DNA of 64,000 nucleotides from contig NC_086097.1 in assembly GCF_963921235.1 (NCBI RefSeq), forward strand, positions 198,278,001 to 198,342,000, given 5' to 3'. Positions 11,589 to 24,364 of this stretch are shown in pieces (within the stretch, counting starts at the first letter, position 1; each line of letters begins with the position of its first letter). The DNA is from Mobula hypostoma (lineage: Eukaryota). Both the position numbers and the translations under genes were made by a program. The notes beneath the pieces are model-generated. The model worked only from the letters and a program-made list of their open reading frames with translations. It searched no databases and was not told the origin of the DNA.

Positions 11589-14500
11589 AGAACTTTGGCC
11601 AGTGACCAATCTGGACATTAGTAGTTTGAGAGGAGGGGATTTCACTCAGGTCCGCTGCCCGAGTAGAAGAAGGGAGCAGAAGGTCGTAGCAGCGTACTAG
11701 AGCTTTGACCAGTGACCAAATTCGATACTGGAAGTTTGAAAGGAGGGGATTTCACTCAAATTCACTTCCCAAGTAGAAGAAGACAACAGCATAACAGAGC
11801 TTTGATCCACATTTGAGATTGATTAGCAAGAGCAGATTAAAGGAAGGCAGGGGCAAGTGCAGCAGCCATTGTTGGAGTGGACAGAGTCAGAGAGGACAGA
11901 ATTAGAGTGGAAAGAATCAGAGTGGACAGTGTCAGAATGGACAGAGTCAGAGTGGACAGAGTCTGAGTGGACAATGTCAGAGTGGACAGAGTCAGAGTGG
12001 ACAGAGTCTGAGTGGACAGAGTCTGAGTGGTGATCTTGAGGCTGTAGCTCTTTGAGACTTCAGTAAAGAGAGGCTTCAGTCACAGAAAGAAAAGAAAAGA
12101 AAAACTCTAGGTTGTTTTTTCCCTCTCTAGAATCCCTGAGGACTACAACAGTGAGAAGTGCATCCAGCTGCAGCTTCTAACAATCCACGTTAGAGCTGGA
12201 ACTGGTTGAACTCCAGATCATTCGGGAGGCTGAAGGGGTGACAGATAGGGCATATAGAGAGGTAGTTGCACACAAGGTGCAGGACACAGGAAACTGGGTG
12301 ACAGGAAGGGGAATGGAGTTAAGGAGCACTGCAGACTATCCTTGCGGCCATCCCTTCAACAGCAGTTACATGTGTATCTTGATTTGGATCATGTTGGAGG
12401 GGGTTGATCTTACAGAGGAAAGTCACAGTGGTTGGGTCTCTGGCACTGAGTCTGGCTCCCTGACTCAGAAGGGAAGGGGGTGAGAAGAGGTGCGCTATGG
12501 TGATAAGGAATCCGTTAGTTAGGGGAATGGACAGGAAGTTCTGTGGTTGAGAAGAAGATTCCCAGATGCTATGTCCTCAACATTCTGATGTGGGAAGGTG
12601 AACAGCCAGAGGCCATGGTCCATGTTGGTACCAATGACCTGCGTAAGATGAATGATAAGGTTCTTTATAGGGTGCTAAGGGATTTAGGTGCTAAGTTAAA
12701 AGGCAGGACCTCCAGGGTTGAGATCTCAGGATTGCTACATGCCAATGAGGCCAGCACTGTATGGCTAAGGAGTTGGTGTAGGAGGGAGGGCAAAAGATTT
12801 TTGGATCATTGGGCTCTCTTTCAGGGAAGGGAGGACCTTTACAGAAGGGATAGCTTTCACCTAAACTGGAGGGGGATAAATATCCTAGTGGGAGGGGTTG
12901 TTAATGCTGCACGGTGAGTTTAAACTAGAATTGCAGGGGATGGGAACCAGGGTGCCTGAAAAGTTAGTGGAGAGGTTGTAGAGGCAGACGTTGGTAAGAC
13001 CTCAGACAAAGTCAGGAATCAAAAGACTGAGCATGGTGCGACTGGCGTCCTTAGCTGCCTGTATCTCAAAGCAAGAATTATCATAGGAAGGTCGGATGAC
13101 TCTGGGCTTGGATTAACACCTGGAATTATGACATTGTAGCCATTTGTGAGATTTGGTTGCAGGAGGGGCACGAATGGCAGCTCACTATTCTGGGGTTCTG
13201 TTGTTTTAGATGTGACAAGCGGGGGAGATTAAAGGAGGAGAGGTGGATTTACTGGTCAGGGAAAAAAGACATGGCAGTTCTCCATCAGAACAGACTGGAG
13301 AACTCAACTAGTGATACTTTATGGGTGGAACTGAGAAATAAGAATGGTATGATCACACTAATGGGGCTATATTACAGACACCTAATAGTTCACAGGATTT
13401 AGAGGAACAAATTTGTAAAGAGATTGCAGACTGTTGCATGATACGCAAGGTTGTTATTATAGGTGATTTTAACTTTCCACGTATTGTTTGGGAATCCCAT
13501 ACTGCAAAAGGACTACATGAATTTTTCAAATGTGTTCAGGAAAATTTTCTTATTCAGTACGCAGAAGTCAAAACGAGAGAGTGTGTGATACTGGATGAGA
13601 CAGGGCAGGTGCCAGAAATTTGTGTAGGGGAACAGTTTGCATCCACCGACCACAATGACACCAGTTTCATAGTAAATATTGCAAAAAAAAAAAAATAGGT
13701 CTGGTCCATGGGTTGAGATTCTAATTGGAGAAAGGCCAATTTTGATGGCATCAGAAGGGATCTGACAAGTATGGATTGGGACAGGCTATTTTCTGACTAA
13801 GGTGTGCTTAGTAAGTGGGTTGCCTTCAAAAGTGAAATTTTGAGAGTACAAAGCTTGTACTGGCAAGTATCCAGTATCACACACTCTCTTGTTTTGACTT
13901 CTATGTACTGAATAAGGCAATTTTCCTGAAGCTATTTGTCAAACTCTATCCTATCTAGTCCTTTTACAGAATGTAATTCCCAGCCAATATGTGAAAAGTT
14001 AAAATCACGTACTATAACAACCTTACATTTATGTGCCTGTCAGAATAAAAGATAAAGATAACAATTGCAGGAAACTTTGGTTTTCAGGAGATATTGAGGC
14101 CCTGGTTTAGAGAAAAAAATGGAGGTGCATAGCAGGTAAGAACAAATGAGGTGCTTATGGATTACAAGGAATACAACAGAACACTTACAAAAGAAATCAG
14201 GAAGGCTAAAAGGAGGCTTGAAGTTGCTCTAGTAGACAAGGTGAAGGGGAATTCTAAGGGATTCGGCAGGTATATTAGGAGTAAAAGAATTGAAAGGGAC
14301 AAAATCTGTGGAGCCAGATAAGGTGGGGGAGATCTGAAATGCATTCTTTCCATCTGTACTTACTTGGGAGATGGATACAGAATCTATAGAAATGAGGCAA
14401 AGAGGCATCAACTTCATGGACCCTGTAGAGATTAAAGAGGTGGAGGTGTTTACTATGCTGAGGCAAATCAGGGTGGGTAAATCCCCAGAGCCTGACAAGA

Positions 14501-15862
14501 TGTTTCCTTGGACCCTATGAGAGGCAAGTGTGGAAATTGCTGGGGCCTAGCAATTATTTAAAACATCCTTAGTGATAGGAGAAGTACCAGATGATTAGAG
14601 GATAGGTTCGGAACGGAAATCAGGAAATTATAGGTTGGCGAGTCTGATATCAGTTGTTGGAAAGTTATTGGAAGGTATTCTAAGGGACCAGATGTATAAG
14701 TATTTGAACAGATATGGACTGTTTAAAGATAGTCACCATGGCATTGTGTATCCTAGATCATGTCTATCCAATCCTATAGATTTTTTTGAGGAAGTTACCA
14801 GGAAAGTGGATAAAGGCAAGGCAGTGGATATTGTCTACATGGAATTTAGCAAAGCATTTGACAATGTCGCCTGGGAGGCTGGTCAAGAAGGTTCAGTTGC
14901 TCAGCATTCAGAATGAGGTAGTAAATTGGATTAGACATTGGCTTTGTGGGAGAAGCCAGAGGATGAGATGACACCAGGATTGGGGGTGTAGTCGACAGTG
15001 AGGAAGGCTATCAGTGCTTGCAGAGGGATCTGCATCAGCTGAAAAAGTGGGTTGAAAAATTGCAGATAGAATTGAATACAATCAAATGCGAGGTTTTACA
15101 CTTCGGTAGGACCAAACAGGGTAGGCCTTACACAGTGAACGCAGGGCACTGAGGAGGGTGGCAGAACAAAAGCATCTGGGAAAACAGGTACATAATGCAT
15201 TGAACGTGGTGTCACAGGTAGATAGGGTCATAAAGAAAGCTTTTGGCACATTGGCCTTCAGAAATCAATGTTTTGATAACAGAAGATGGGATGTTATGTT
15301 GAAGTTGTAGAAAACATTGGCAAGGCCTAAATTGGAGTAACCTGTACAGTTTTGGTCACCTACCTACAGGAAAGATGTAAACAAAGTTGAAAGAGTGCAG
15401 AGGAAATTTACAAAGATGTTACTGGGTCTGGAGAAACTGTATTATAATGAAAGATTGAATAGGTTAGGACTTTATTCCTTGGAATGTACAAGATGACAGG
15501 AGATTTGATGGAGGTATATAAAAACTATGAGGGGTATAGATAGGGTAAATGCAAGCAGGCTTTTTCCACTAAGGTTGGGTGAGACTACAACCAGAGGTCA
15601 TAGCTTATAGGTGAAAGGTGAGAAGTTGAAGGGGAACATGAGGGGAAATTTCTTCACTCAGAGGTTGTAGTTGTGTGGAACAAGATGCCAGCACATGTGG
15701 AGTTTGATTTCAGAGTTTAAGAGAAGTTTGAATAGGTACATGGATAGTAGGGATACAGAGGGCTATGGTTCTGGAGCAGATCATTGGGAGTAGGCAGTTT
15801 AAATGGTTTCAGCTGGAATAGATAGGCCGAAGGGTCTGTTTATGTGCTGTACTTCTCTATGA
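11589..15862 (+). mobile_element. Full-length decayed CR1 LINE (5' UTR repeats, ORF1 esterase remnant, ORF2 APE-RT remnant)
   Basis: ORF1 motifs HVGTND and DSFHLN; APE motifs WVELRN and GDFNFP; RT motifs; 3' end ctgtacttctctatgac. Many stops and frameshifts. Confidence 0.88.
11875..12030 (+). repeat. 15-bp minisatellite (gagtggacagagtca) x about 10
   Basis: Tandem array read directly. Confidence 0.95.
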
Positions 15863-15964
15863 CACTTTTTGGAATGTTGGACGTTCCTGTTACGTACTCA
15901 AGGGTCGCAGGTTACAGTTGAGATACACTCTGAAATGAGTGCAATAGCAACTACTATCCACAGA

Positions 15965-17680
15965 ACATGGTGTCCTTCAATTCGCCGAGTCTATGCCATT
16001 TCTCAGAGCAACCCTACCAGTCACATTCAGTCACCTCTTTCAGTGTAAACTTTATTTCTCAGAATCAGATTTATTATCACTGGCATGTGTTGTGAAATTT
16101 GTTAACTTAGCAGCAGCAGTTTAATGTAATGCATAATATAGAATAAACAAACAAACAAACAAATAAATAAATAAATAAATGGCAGCTGGGAAGAAGCTGT
16201 TCCTGAGTCACTGAGTGTGTGCCTTCAGGCTTCTGTCTCCTACCTGATGGTAACAGTGAGAAAAGGGCATGCCCTGGGTGCTGGAGGTCCTTAATAATGG
16301 ACGCTGCCTTTCTGAGACACCGCTCCTTGAAGATGTCCTGGGTACTTTATAGGCTAGTACCCAAGATGGAGCTGACTAAATTTATAACCCTCTGCAGCTT
16401 CTTTTGGTCCTGTACAGTAGCAACTCCCCCCCCCATACCAGACAGTGATGCTGCCTGTCAGAATGCTCTCCTCAGTACAACTATAGAAGTTTTTGAGTGT
16501 ATTTGTTAATATGCCAAATCTCTTCAAACTCCTAATGAAGTATAGTCGCTGTCTTGCCTTCTTTATAATTGCATCGATATGTTGGGACCAGGTTAGACCC
16601 GCAGAGATCTTGACACCTAGAAACTTGAAACTGCTCACTTTCTCCACTTCTGATCCCTCTATGAGGATTGGTACGTGTTCCTTCATCTTACTCTTCCTGA
16701 AGTCCACAATCGCTCTTTCATCTTATTGACATCGAGTGCCAGGTTGTTGCTGCAGCACTAGTTGGCATATCTCACTCCTGTACACCCTCTTGTTACCACC
16801 TGAGATTCTACCAACAATGGTTGTATCATCAGCAAATTTATAGATGGTATTTGAGTTATGCCCAGTCACACAGTCATGTGTATATAGAGAGTAGAGCAGT
16901 GGGCTAAGCACACACCCCTGAGGTGTGCCAGTGTTGATCGTCAACAAGGAGGATATGTTATCACCAATCCACAAAGATTGTGGTCTTCCTGTTAGGAATT
17001 CAAGAATCCAATTGCAGAGGGAGGTACAGAGGCCCAGGTTCTGTAACTTCTCAATCAGGATTGTGGGAATGATGGTATTAAATACTGAGCTATAGTTGAT
17101 GAACAGCATCCTGACATAGGTGTTTGTGTCGAGGTGGTCTAAAGCCGTGTGGAGAGCCACTGAGATTGCATCTGCCGTTGACCTGTTGTGGCAATAGGCA
17201 AATTGTAATGGGTCCAGGTCTTTGCTGAGGCAAGAGTTCAGTCTAGTCATGACCAACCTGTCAAAACATTTCATCACTGTCGGTGTGAGTGCTACCAGAG
17301 GATATTCATTAAGGCGGCGCACATTATTCTTCTTACGCACTGGTATTATTGTTGCCTTTTTGAAGCAAATGGGAACTTCCACCCATAGCAGAGAGAGGTT
17401 GAAGATGTCCTTGAATACTCACGTCAGTTGGTTGGCATAGGTTTTCAGAGCCTTATAAATTCAAATGAATGTATATTCCAATCTGATTCTCCAGTCACTG
17501 ACTACTGATTTACAATCGTCAGTTAACTTACCAAACAGTCTGCCTCTGGAAAGTAGAAGGAAAACAGAATTCATGGGGGATATCAATGCAGACACATGAA
17601 TAACCTGCAAATTCCATACAGGCAGCACTGGAGCTCAGCTTCAAACCTGGGCAACTGTGCTCTGAAGCAACACCATTATT
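15965..17680 (-). mobile_element. Decayed HE1-like SINE split by a Rex1/Babar insertion
   Basis: Pieces 15965-16058 and 17456-17680 resemble the SINE at 32075-32490. Confidence 0.5.
16059..17455 (-). mobile_element. 5'-truncated Rex1/Babar LINE
   Basis: ORFs 16723-17382 and 16354-16707 carry [19 protein letters not shown] and QRLYF motifs; (attctg) tail; (aaac)n(aaat)n run in the 3' UTR. Confidence 0.92.
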
Positions 17681-18704
17681 TACTTTACAGCTTTATGTAT
17701 GACTACTATGACTACTATTATTTGTAAATGTTTCCTCGCAAATATTTCAAAATCATTATGAAATTTATCCCATGTGTCCGTTTTGAAGGTTGAAAATGCT
17801 TTTCATTGTAGTTCTGTAATATTTAAGGATCAGCTTCCTAATTCTGTGAGATTGCAATGCTTCATTTGAAGCAATCATTACAAAAGCAACCTGAGATTTG
17901 CAATTAACAATGTGCAATATTATTCGCCTGTATGAAGGATTGTAAACTTTGGCTTTCTTATCAAAGCTGACAAGCTATTAAACTGTACCATTATTAGTCA
18001 TTAATGATACCTCTCACCAGACTTTCTACCCAAAATGTCTAATCTTCTGCTGCACTCTCCATGTGATTTATCATTCATGAGTCTTTTTGCTCTTATTGGC
18101 TTCTCCTTTATCCTTTTCTCTAGCAATCGCTCATCAATCAAGTTTATGCTGTCAATTTTTGATGTGGAGACCATTGGTTAGTTGTTGTTCCCTTTCTTTT
18201 TTTGTGATTCTTTTGTTTCCTTCTCTCAGCACTGCTTTCAGCTATGCAAGGCATAATCTTCAAAAGATGTACTTTCTTCCATTTTAGACTAGGTTACCTT
18301 CTTGCCAATCTTGTCAAAAGCTTTTTTGCACTGAACACAACTGACTTACTTCTCTTATGGACTCTTTTGAGTAATAAGATGATGAAGGAGAAGAGGATGT
18401 CACAACAATGATCAGAAATATAGTCATATAAGTGTGGAAAGTGGGGAGGGGGAGCAAAATATGGATTGCAATGACTTCCATTTATATAAAGAAAATACAG
18501 ATCTTGCTGGTGGTACTTAACAGGTCAGGCAGCATCAGTGCAAAGAGAAACAGAAATGAGTTTTCAGGTTGAGGATCATTAATCAGAAATTGAAAATGGA
18601 GAAGGCAAGTGTGCTTTCTCTTTTCCTCTCCATTTCTCTAAACCCATGTATGAGCCCCAGGTATGCTTGCCTTTTTTTTTGTTATGTGGAACTGTCCATA
18701 TTCT

Positions 18705-18815
18705 TTTTTTTTTATTTTTATTTTTATTGAAGGAATGACACAATACAGAATATATAATGGATTACATTTTCCTCCATTTTGCTTTAGTATCGTACCCCCA
18801 AAACAAACCTCCCCC
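18705..18815 (-). mobile_element. 111-bp poly(A)-tailed retroposed fragment (L1-type 3' end)
   Basis: Perfect 18-bp TSD tggaactgtccatattct at 18687-18704 and 18816-18833; aataaa plus A-rich tail on the minus strand. Confidence 0.85.
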
Positions 18816-19617
18816 TGGAACTGTCCATATTCTAAGCTGTCACTGGTAATACTCCCCAGCTCTTTCTACACAACGTCAACGACTGCATTAGTGCTGCTTC
18901 ATGTACAAATGCTGAGATCATCAATTTCATCAACTTTGCCTCCAACTACCTTCCAATTACTTGGTCCATCTCTATCATCTCTCCCCACTTTCTCAATCTC
19001 TCTGTCTCCAGCTCTAAAGACAAACTATCTCCTGATATCTTTTATAAACCTACTGACTCTCATAGCAATCTTGACTATACTTCTTAGAATCAGAATCAAA
19101 ATCAGGTTTAATATCACTGGCATATATCATGAAATTGGTTGTTTTACGGCAGTAAAAATTATAATACATAATAATAAAATCAATACAGTTTAATAAATAA
19201 TAATAAAATCTAGAAATATAGAAATTTTTAAAAATCAACTAAGTAAAAGACAGGGAAAAATACCAAGGTAGTGTTCGTAGTTATACTGTCCATTCAGAAA
19301 TCTGATTGCAGAGGGGAAAAAGCTGTTCCTGAAATGTTGACTGTGTGTTTTCAGGCTCCTGTACCTCCTCCTTGATGGTAGTAATGAGAAGAGGGTATGT
19401 CCTGGGTGATGGATATACTTAATGATGGATGTTGCCTTTTTGAGGCATTGCCTTTTGAAGGTATCTTGGAAGCAAAGGAAGCTAGTACCTATGATGGAGA
19501 TGGCTGAGCGTACAATTTGCTACAACTTTTTCTGATCCTATGCAGTGGTCCCTCCATACCAGATGTTGATGCAACCAGTTAGAATGTTCTCTTTGAACTG
19601 TCTTTGAGGAGTCTTTG

Positions 19618-22600
19618 AAGTGTGATGAACTGAGAGCTTGGATGAATAAATGGAATTATGATGTAGTGGCCATTACAGAGACTTGACTGGCACCAGGGCA
19701 GGAATGGATTCTCAATATTCCTGGATTTCAGTGCTTTAAAAGGGATGGGGGGTGGGGGAAGGGAGGAGAGTGGCATTACTGATCAGGGATACTATTACAG
19801 CTATAGAAAGGGGGGGTAATGTAGCAGGATCCTCTTTTGAGTCAGTATGGGTGGAAATCAGGAACAAGAAGGGAGCAGTTACTCTATTGGGGGTATTCTA
19901 TAGCCCCCCTGGTAGCAACAGAGAAACCGAGGAGCACATTGGGAGGCAGATTTTGAAAAGGTACAAAAATAACAGGGTTGTTATCATGGCTGATTTTAAC
20001 TTCCCTAATATTGATTGGCACCTGAATAGTTCCAACGGTTTAGATGGGGCAGAGTTTGTTAAGTGTGTCCAGGACGGATTCCTGTCACAGTATGTTGACA
20101 GGCCGACTAGGGGGAATGCCATACTAGATCTAATATTAGGTAATGAACTAGGTCAGGTCACAGATCTCTCAGTTGTTGAGCATCTGGGGGATAGTGACCA
20201 CTGCTCCCTGGCCTTTAGCATTATCATGGAAAAGGAGAGAATCAGAGAGGACAGGAAAATTTATAATTGGGGAAGGGCAAATTATGAGGCTGTAAGGCTA
20301 GAACTTGTGGGTGTGAATTGGGATGATGTTTTGCAGGGAAATGTACTATGGACATGTGGTCAATGTTTAGGGATCTCTTTCAGGATGTTAGGGATAAATT
20401 TGTCCTGGTGAGGAAGATAAAAAATGTTAGGGTGAAGGAACCATGGGTGACAAGTGGAAAATCTAGTCAGGAGGAAGAAGGCAGCATACATGAGGTTTAG
20501 GAAGCAAGGATCAGATGGGTCTATTGAGGAATATAATCAGTACAGCAACAAAACTGAAGGTCTACAGAGCTGTGGTGCTCACTACCCTCCTGTATGCCTG
20601 TGAAACGTGGACTGTGTATCAAAGGCATGCAAGACAACTCAACCATTTCTACATGACTTGTCTTCACAGAATATTAGGCATCAGATGGCAAGACAAAGTA
20701 CCAGACACTGCAGTTCTCTCTAGAGCAAGTCTACCATCAGTCCACACACTGCTGATGAGAGCACAGACCCGGTGTGCAGGTCATGTCATCCGCATGCCAG
20801 ATGAGCGCATACCCAAGCAGCTCCTTTTTGGGGAACTCTCTGCTGGAAGACGCTCACGTGGAGGGCAGAAGAGACATTACAAAGACAAACTAAAGGCCTC
20901 CCTGAAGTCATTTGACATAGACACGACCTCCTGGGAAATGCTGGCACAAAACCGCCCTACCTGGCGCGGCCTCATCCACAAGGGCTGTCAAGCTTACGAA
21001 GCAAGGCGCACTGCCAAAGCACAACATAAGCGCGAGCTGCGCAAGTCCAGAGCCACCAGCGCAACAACTGCAGTGCCTACACATGTCTACCCAACATGTG
21101 CCAGGACATTCTGTGCCCGAATTGGCCTGACCAGTCATCTTTGGACACACCGCATCCAGTCTCAAAGTGACTAATGATGTTGAGGTCTTCATCGACGAAG
21201 ATGAACGAACCACTGTAGGGTAGAAGAAAGGAGCTTAAGGTGGGGCTGAAGAGAGCAAGAAGGGGGCATGAGAAGGCCTCGGCGAGTAGGGTAATGGAAA
21301 GCCCCAAGGCATTCTTCAATTATGTGAAGAACAAAAGGATGACAGGAGTGAAGGTAGGACCGATTAGAGATGAAGGTGGGAAGATGTGTCTGGAGGCTGT
21401 GGAAGTGAGCGAGGTCCTCAATGATTACTTCTCTTCGGTATTCACCAGTGAGAGGGAACTTGATGATGGTGAGGACAATATGAGTGAGGTTGATGTTCTG
21501 GAGCATGTTGATATCAACGGAGAGGAGGTGTTGGAGTTTTAAAATGCATTAGGACAGATAAGTCCCCGGGGCCTGACAGAATATTCCCCAGGCTGCTCCA
21601 CAAGGTGAGGGAGGAGATTGCTGAGCCTCTGGCTAGGATCTTTATGTCCTCGTTGTCCACGGGAATGGTACTGGGGGACTGGAAGGAGGCGAATGTTATC
21701 CCCTTGTTCAAAAAAGGTAGTAGGGATAGTCCGGGTAATTATAGACCAGTGAGCCTTACGTCTGTGGTGGGAAAGCTGTTGGAAAAGATTCTTAGAGATA
21801 GGATCTATGGGCACTTAGAGAAACATGGTCTGATCAGGGACAGTCAGCCTGGCTTTGTGAAGGGCAGATCATGTCTAACAAGCCTGATAGAGTTCTTTGA
21901 GGAGGTGACCAGGCATATAGATGAGGGTAGTGCAGTGGATGTGATCTATATGGATTTTAGTAAGGCATTTGACAAGGTTCCACACGGTGGGCTTATTCAG
22001 AAAGTCAGAAGGCATGGGATCCAAGGAAGTTTGGCCAGGTGGATTCAGAATTAGCTTGCCTGCAGAAAGCAAAGGGTCGTGGAGGAGGGAATACATTTGG
22101 ATTGGAGGGTTGTGACTAGTGGTGTCCCACAAGGATTGGTTCTGGGACCTCTACTTTTCGTGATTTTTATTAATGACCTGGATGTTGGGGTAGAAGGGCG
22201 GGTTGGCAAGTTTGCAGACGACACAAAGGTTGGTGGTGTTGTGGACAGTGTAGAGGATTGTCGAAGATTGCGGAGAGACATTGATAGGATGCAGAAGTGG
22301 GCTGAGAAGTGGCAGATGGAGTTCAACCCGGAGAAGTGTGAGGTGGTACACTTTGGAAGGACAAACTCCAAGGCAGAGTACAAAGTAAATGGCAGGATAC
22401 TTGTTAGTGTGGAGGAGCAGAGGGATCTGGGGGTACATGTCCACAGATCCCTGAAAGTTGCCTCACAGGTAGACAGGGTAGTTAAGAAAGCTAATGGGAT
22501 GTTAGCCTTCATAAGTCGAGGGATAGAGTTTAAGAGTCGCGAGGTAATGATGTAGCTCTATAAAACTCTGGTTAGGCCACACTTGGAGTACTGTGTCCAG

Positions 22601-23102
22601 TTCTGGTTGCCTCACTATAGGAAGGATGTGGAAGGATTGGAAAGGGTACAGAGGAGAATTACCAGGATGCTGCCTGGTTTAGAGGGTATGCATTATGATC
22701 AGAGATTAAGGGAGCTAGGGCTTTACTCTTTGGAGAGAAGGAGGATGAGAGGAGACATGATAGAGGTATACAAGATATTAAGAGGAATAGATAGAGTGGA
22801 CAGCCAGCGCCTCTTCCCCAGGGTACCACTGCTCAATACAAGAGGACATGGCTTTAAGGTAAGGGGTGGAAAGTTCAAGGAGGATATTAGAGGAAGGTTT
22901 TTTACTCAGACAGTGGTTGGTGCATTGAATGCACTGCCTGAGTCAGTGGTGGAGGCAGATATGCTAGTGAAATTTAAGAGACTACTAGACAGGTGTATGG
23001 AGGAATTTAAGGTGGGGGCTTATATGGGCTTAAGTGTTGGCACAACATTGTGGGCTGAAGGGCCTGTACTTTGCTGCACTGTTCTATGTTCTATGTTCTA
23101 TG
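19618..23102 (+). mobile_element. CR1 LINE, nearly complete ORF2, few lesions
   Basis: APE (ESVWVEI, DFNFP, SDH) and RT (NYRPVSLTS, DFSKAFD, FADD) ORF pieces; (ttctatg)n tail. Confidence 0.95.
20536..21213 (+). mobile_element. 5'-truncated RTE-clade LINE nested in CR1
   Basis: Open frame with LLYACETW, RIPKQLLFGEL, GGQKRHYKD and a C-terminal C/H finger; CR1 text resumes at 21214. Confidence 0.93.
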
Positions 23103-24364
23103 ATAGAAGTATCTTTGGTGATGTATCATTTCTTCTCAAACTCCTAATGAAATATAACCACTACCTAGCATCAAAATGTTGAGACCGCGATAGATCTTCA
23201 TAGATGTTGACATCCAGGAACTTGAAACTGCTCACCATACCACTTCCTCCCGTTCTGTCACTTGTAAAAATAGTATTCTGTTTTTTCAGTTCCTCCGACT
23301 CTGCTCTGCCTGTTCTCAGGATGAGGCTTTCCATTTTAGAAAACCTGAGATATCTTTCTTCTTCAAAGCATGGGGCTTCCCTTCCACTACCATCAATACT
23401 GCCCTCACCCACATCAACTCTGTTTTCCATGCATCCGCCACCATAACAGTCATAGGGTGTCCTGTGTCCTCACCTGAAATGCAACAAGGCTAATTGGAAA
23501 TATAGGACCTTCTTAAGGTGATGCTGTTGTTTGGGCAATAAAGGAAATCAAGGAGATTGTAATGGAAGCATATGGAGAAGTAAATTGACAGAGGGCTTAT
23601 AATATTGTATGGTCATTAACATATCCTCAGAGATTAAGAGAAAGACAGTAGGCAAGGTAGGGAAGGATATCAGAAATGGACGATGTGAAACTGTTGGAGG
23701 AACTCAGTGGGCCATATAGTATCTGTGACAATTGATGTTTCAGGTTCATATGGCAAACTGCATTTACTCCAGATTCCAGCATCGTAGACTTTTGTGTCCC
23801 CAATGAAATAAGGACAATTGCACATATCAAAGAAGACAATTGTAGCTTGGACTCTAATGAGCTCCCATAGACACAATCTTGACTTGGAGAAATGAATGTA
23901 GTTGAAGGACAGATTGTTTAATGTAAGAACCAGCTGACAATGAGAAGAAGAGTGGTAGTGGAAGGGGACTGGCTAGATCTTTTTTCAAAGAAGAGGTGAG
24001 AAACACTTAGGCCACCCTTGATTCGGATGGAAGTGTGGAGAAGGAATTAGATGTCTCTACTGATGAGCTGGTACAGGCCAGAAAACTGGAAACTGTCAAA
24101 GTGGCAGAGGGAATTAGAGGTGTCATGAATCTGTAAGGTGAAACCTCATCGTTGGTGCAATTCAGATGGCAGGTGTGTCTAGTATTGATTTGACAATATA
24201 TCTTGTTCTCAGTTGAATAATTTATTGACTCTAACCAGACCACCTCATTTCATTGGTATTGGCCAAGCTTACTTCATTTGACTAACCCTGACTATTCTGA
24301 CTAATTATTACTCATTACCAAGAGGAATCATATCTACATAATTGCCATTAAAGGGTAAGTTTAT

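Larger units (their letters stand above)
19086..23243 (-). mobile_element. Rex1/Babar 3' fragment split by CR1
   Basis: agaatcagaatc tail at 19086; similar to 16059-16650 on both sides of the CR1 (19086-19615 and 23103-23243). Confidence 0.8.
18490..23476 (+). mobile_element. Old PLE (inverted terminal-repeat relic plus RT remnants), host to nested insertions
   Basis: RT-like text MSPRYACLF and YKPTDSHSNLDYTS ending at 19085, continuing at 23244 with VTCKNSI..QFLRL..CSQDEAF. Confidence 0.75.

Noticed and set aside
11875..12030. CRISPR-like array
   Set aside because: Contiguous tandem units with no spacers, no cas genes, vertebrate context.
20515..21174. 219-aa standalone or CR1-RTE fusion gene
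   Set aside because: The ATG comes from out-of-frame CR1 sequence; the rest is a truncated RTE.
24011..24132. Plus-strand open segment between ag and gtaag (ATLDSDGSVEKELDV...)
   Set aside because: No pyrimidine tract, no partner exons, and opposite strand to the better candidates.
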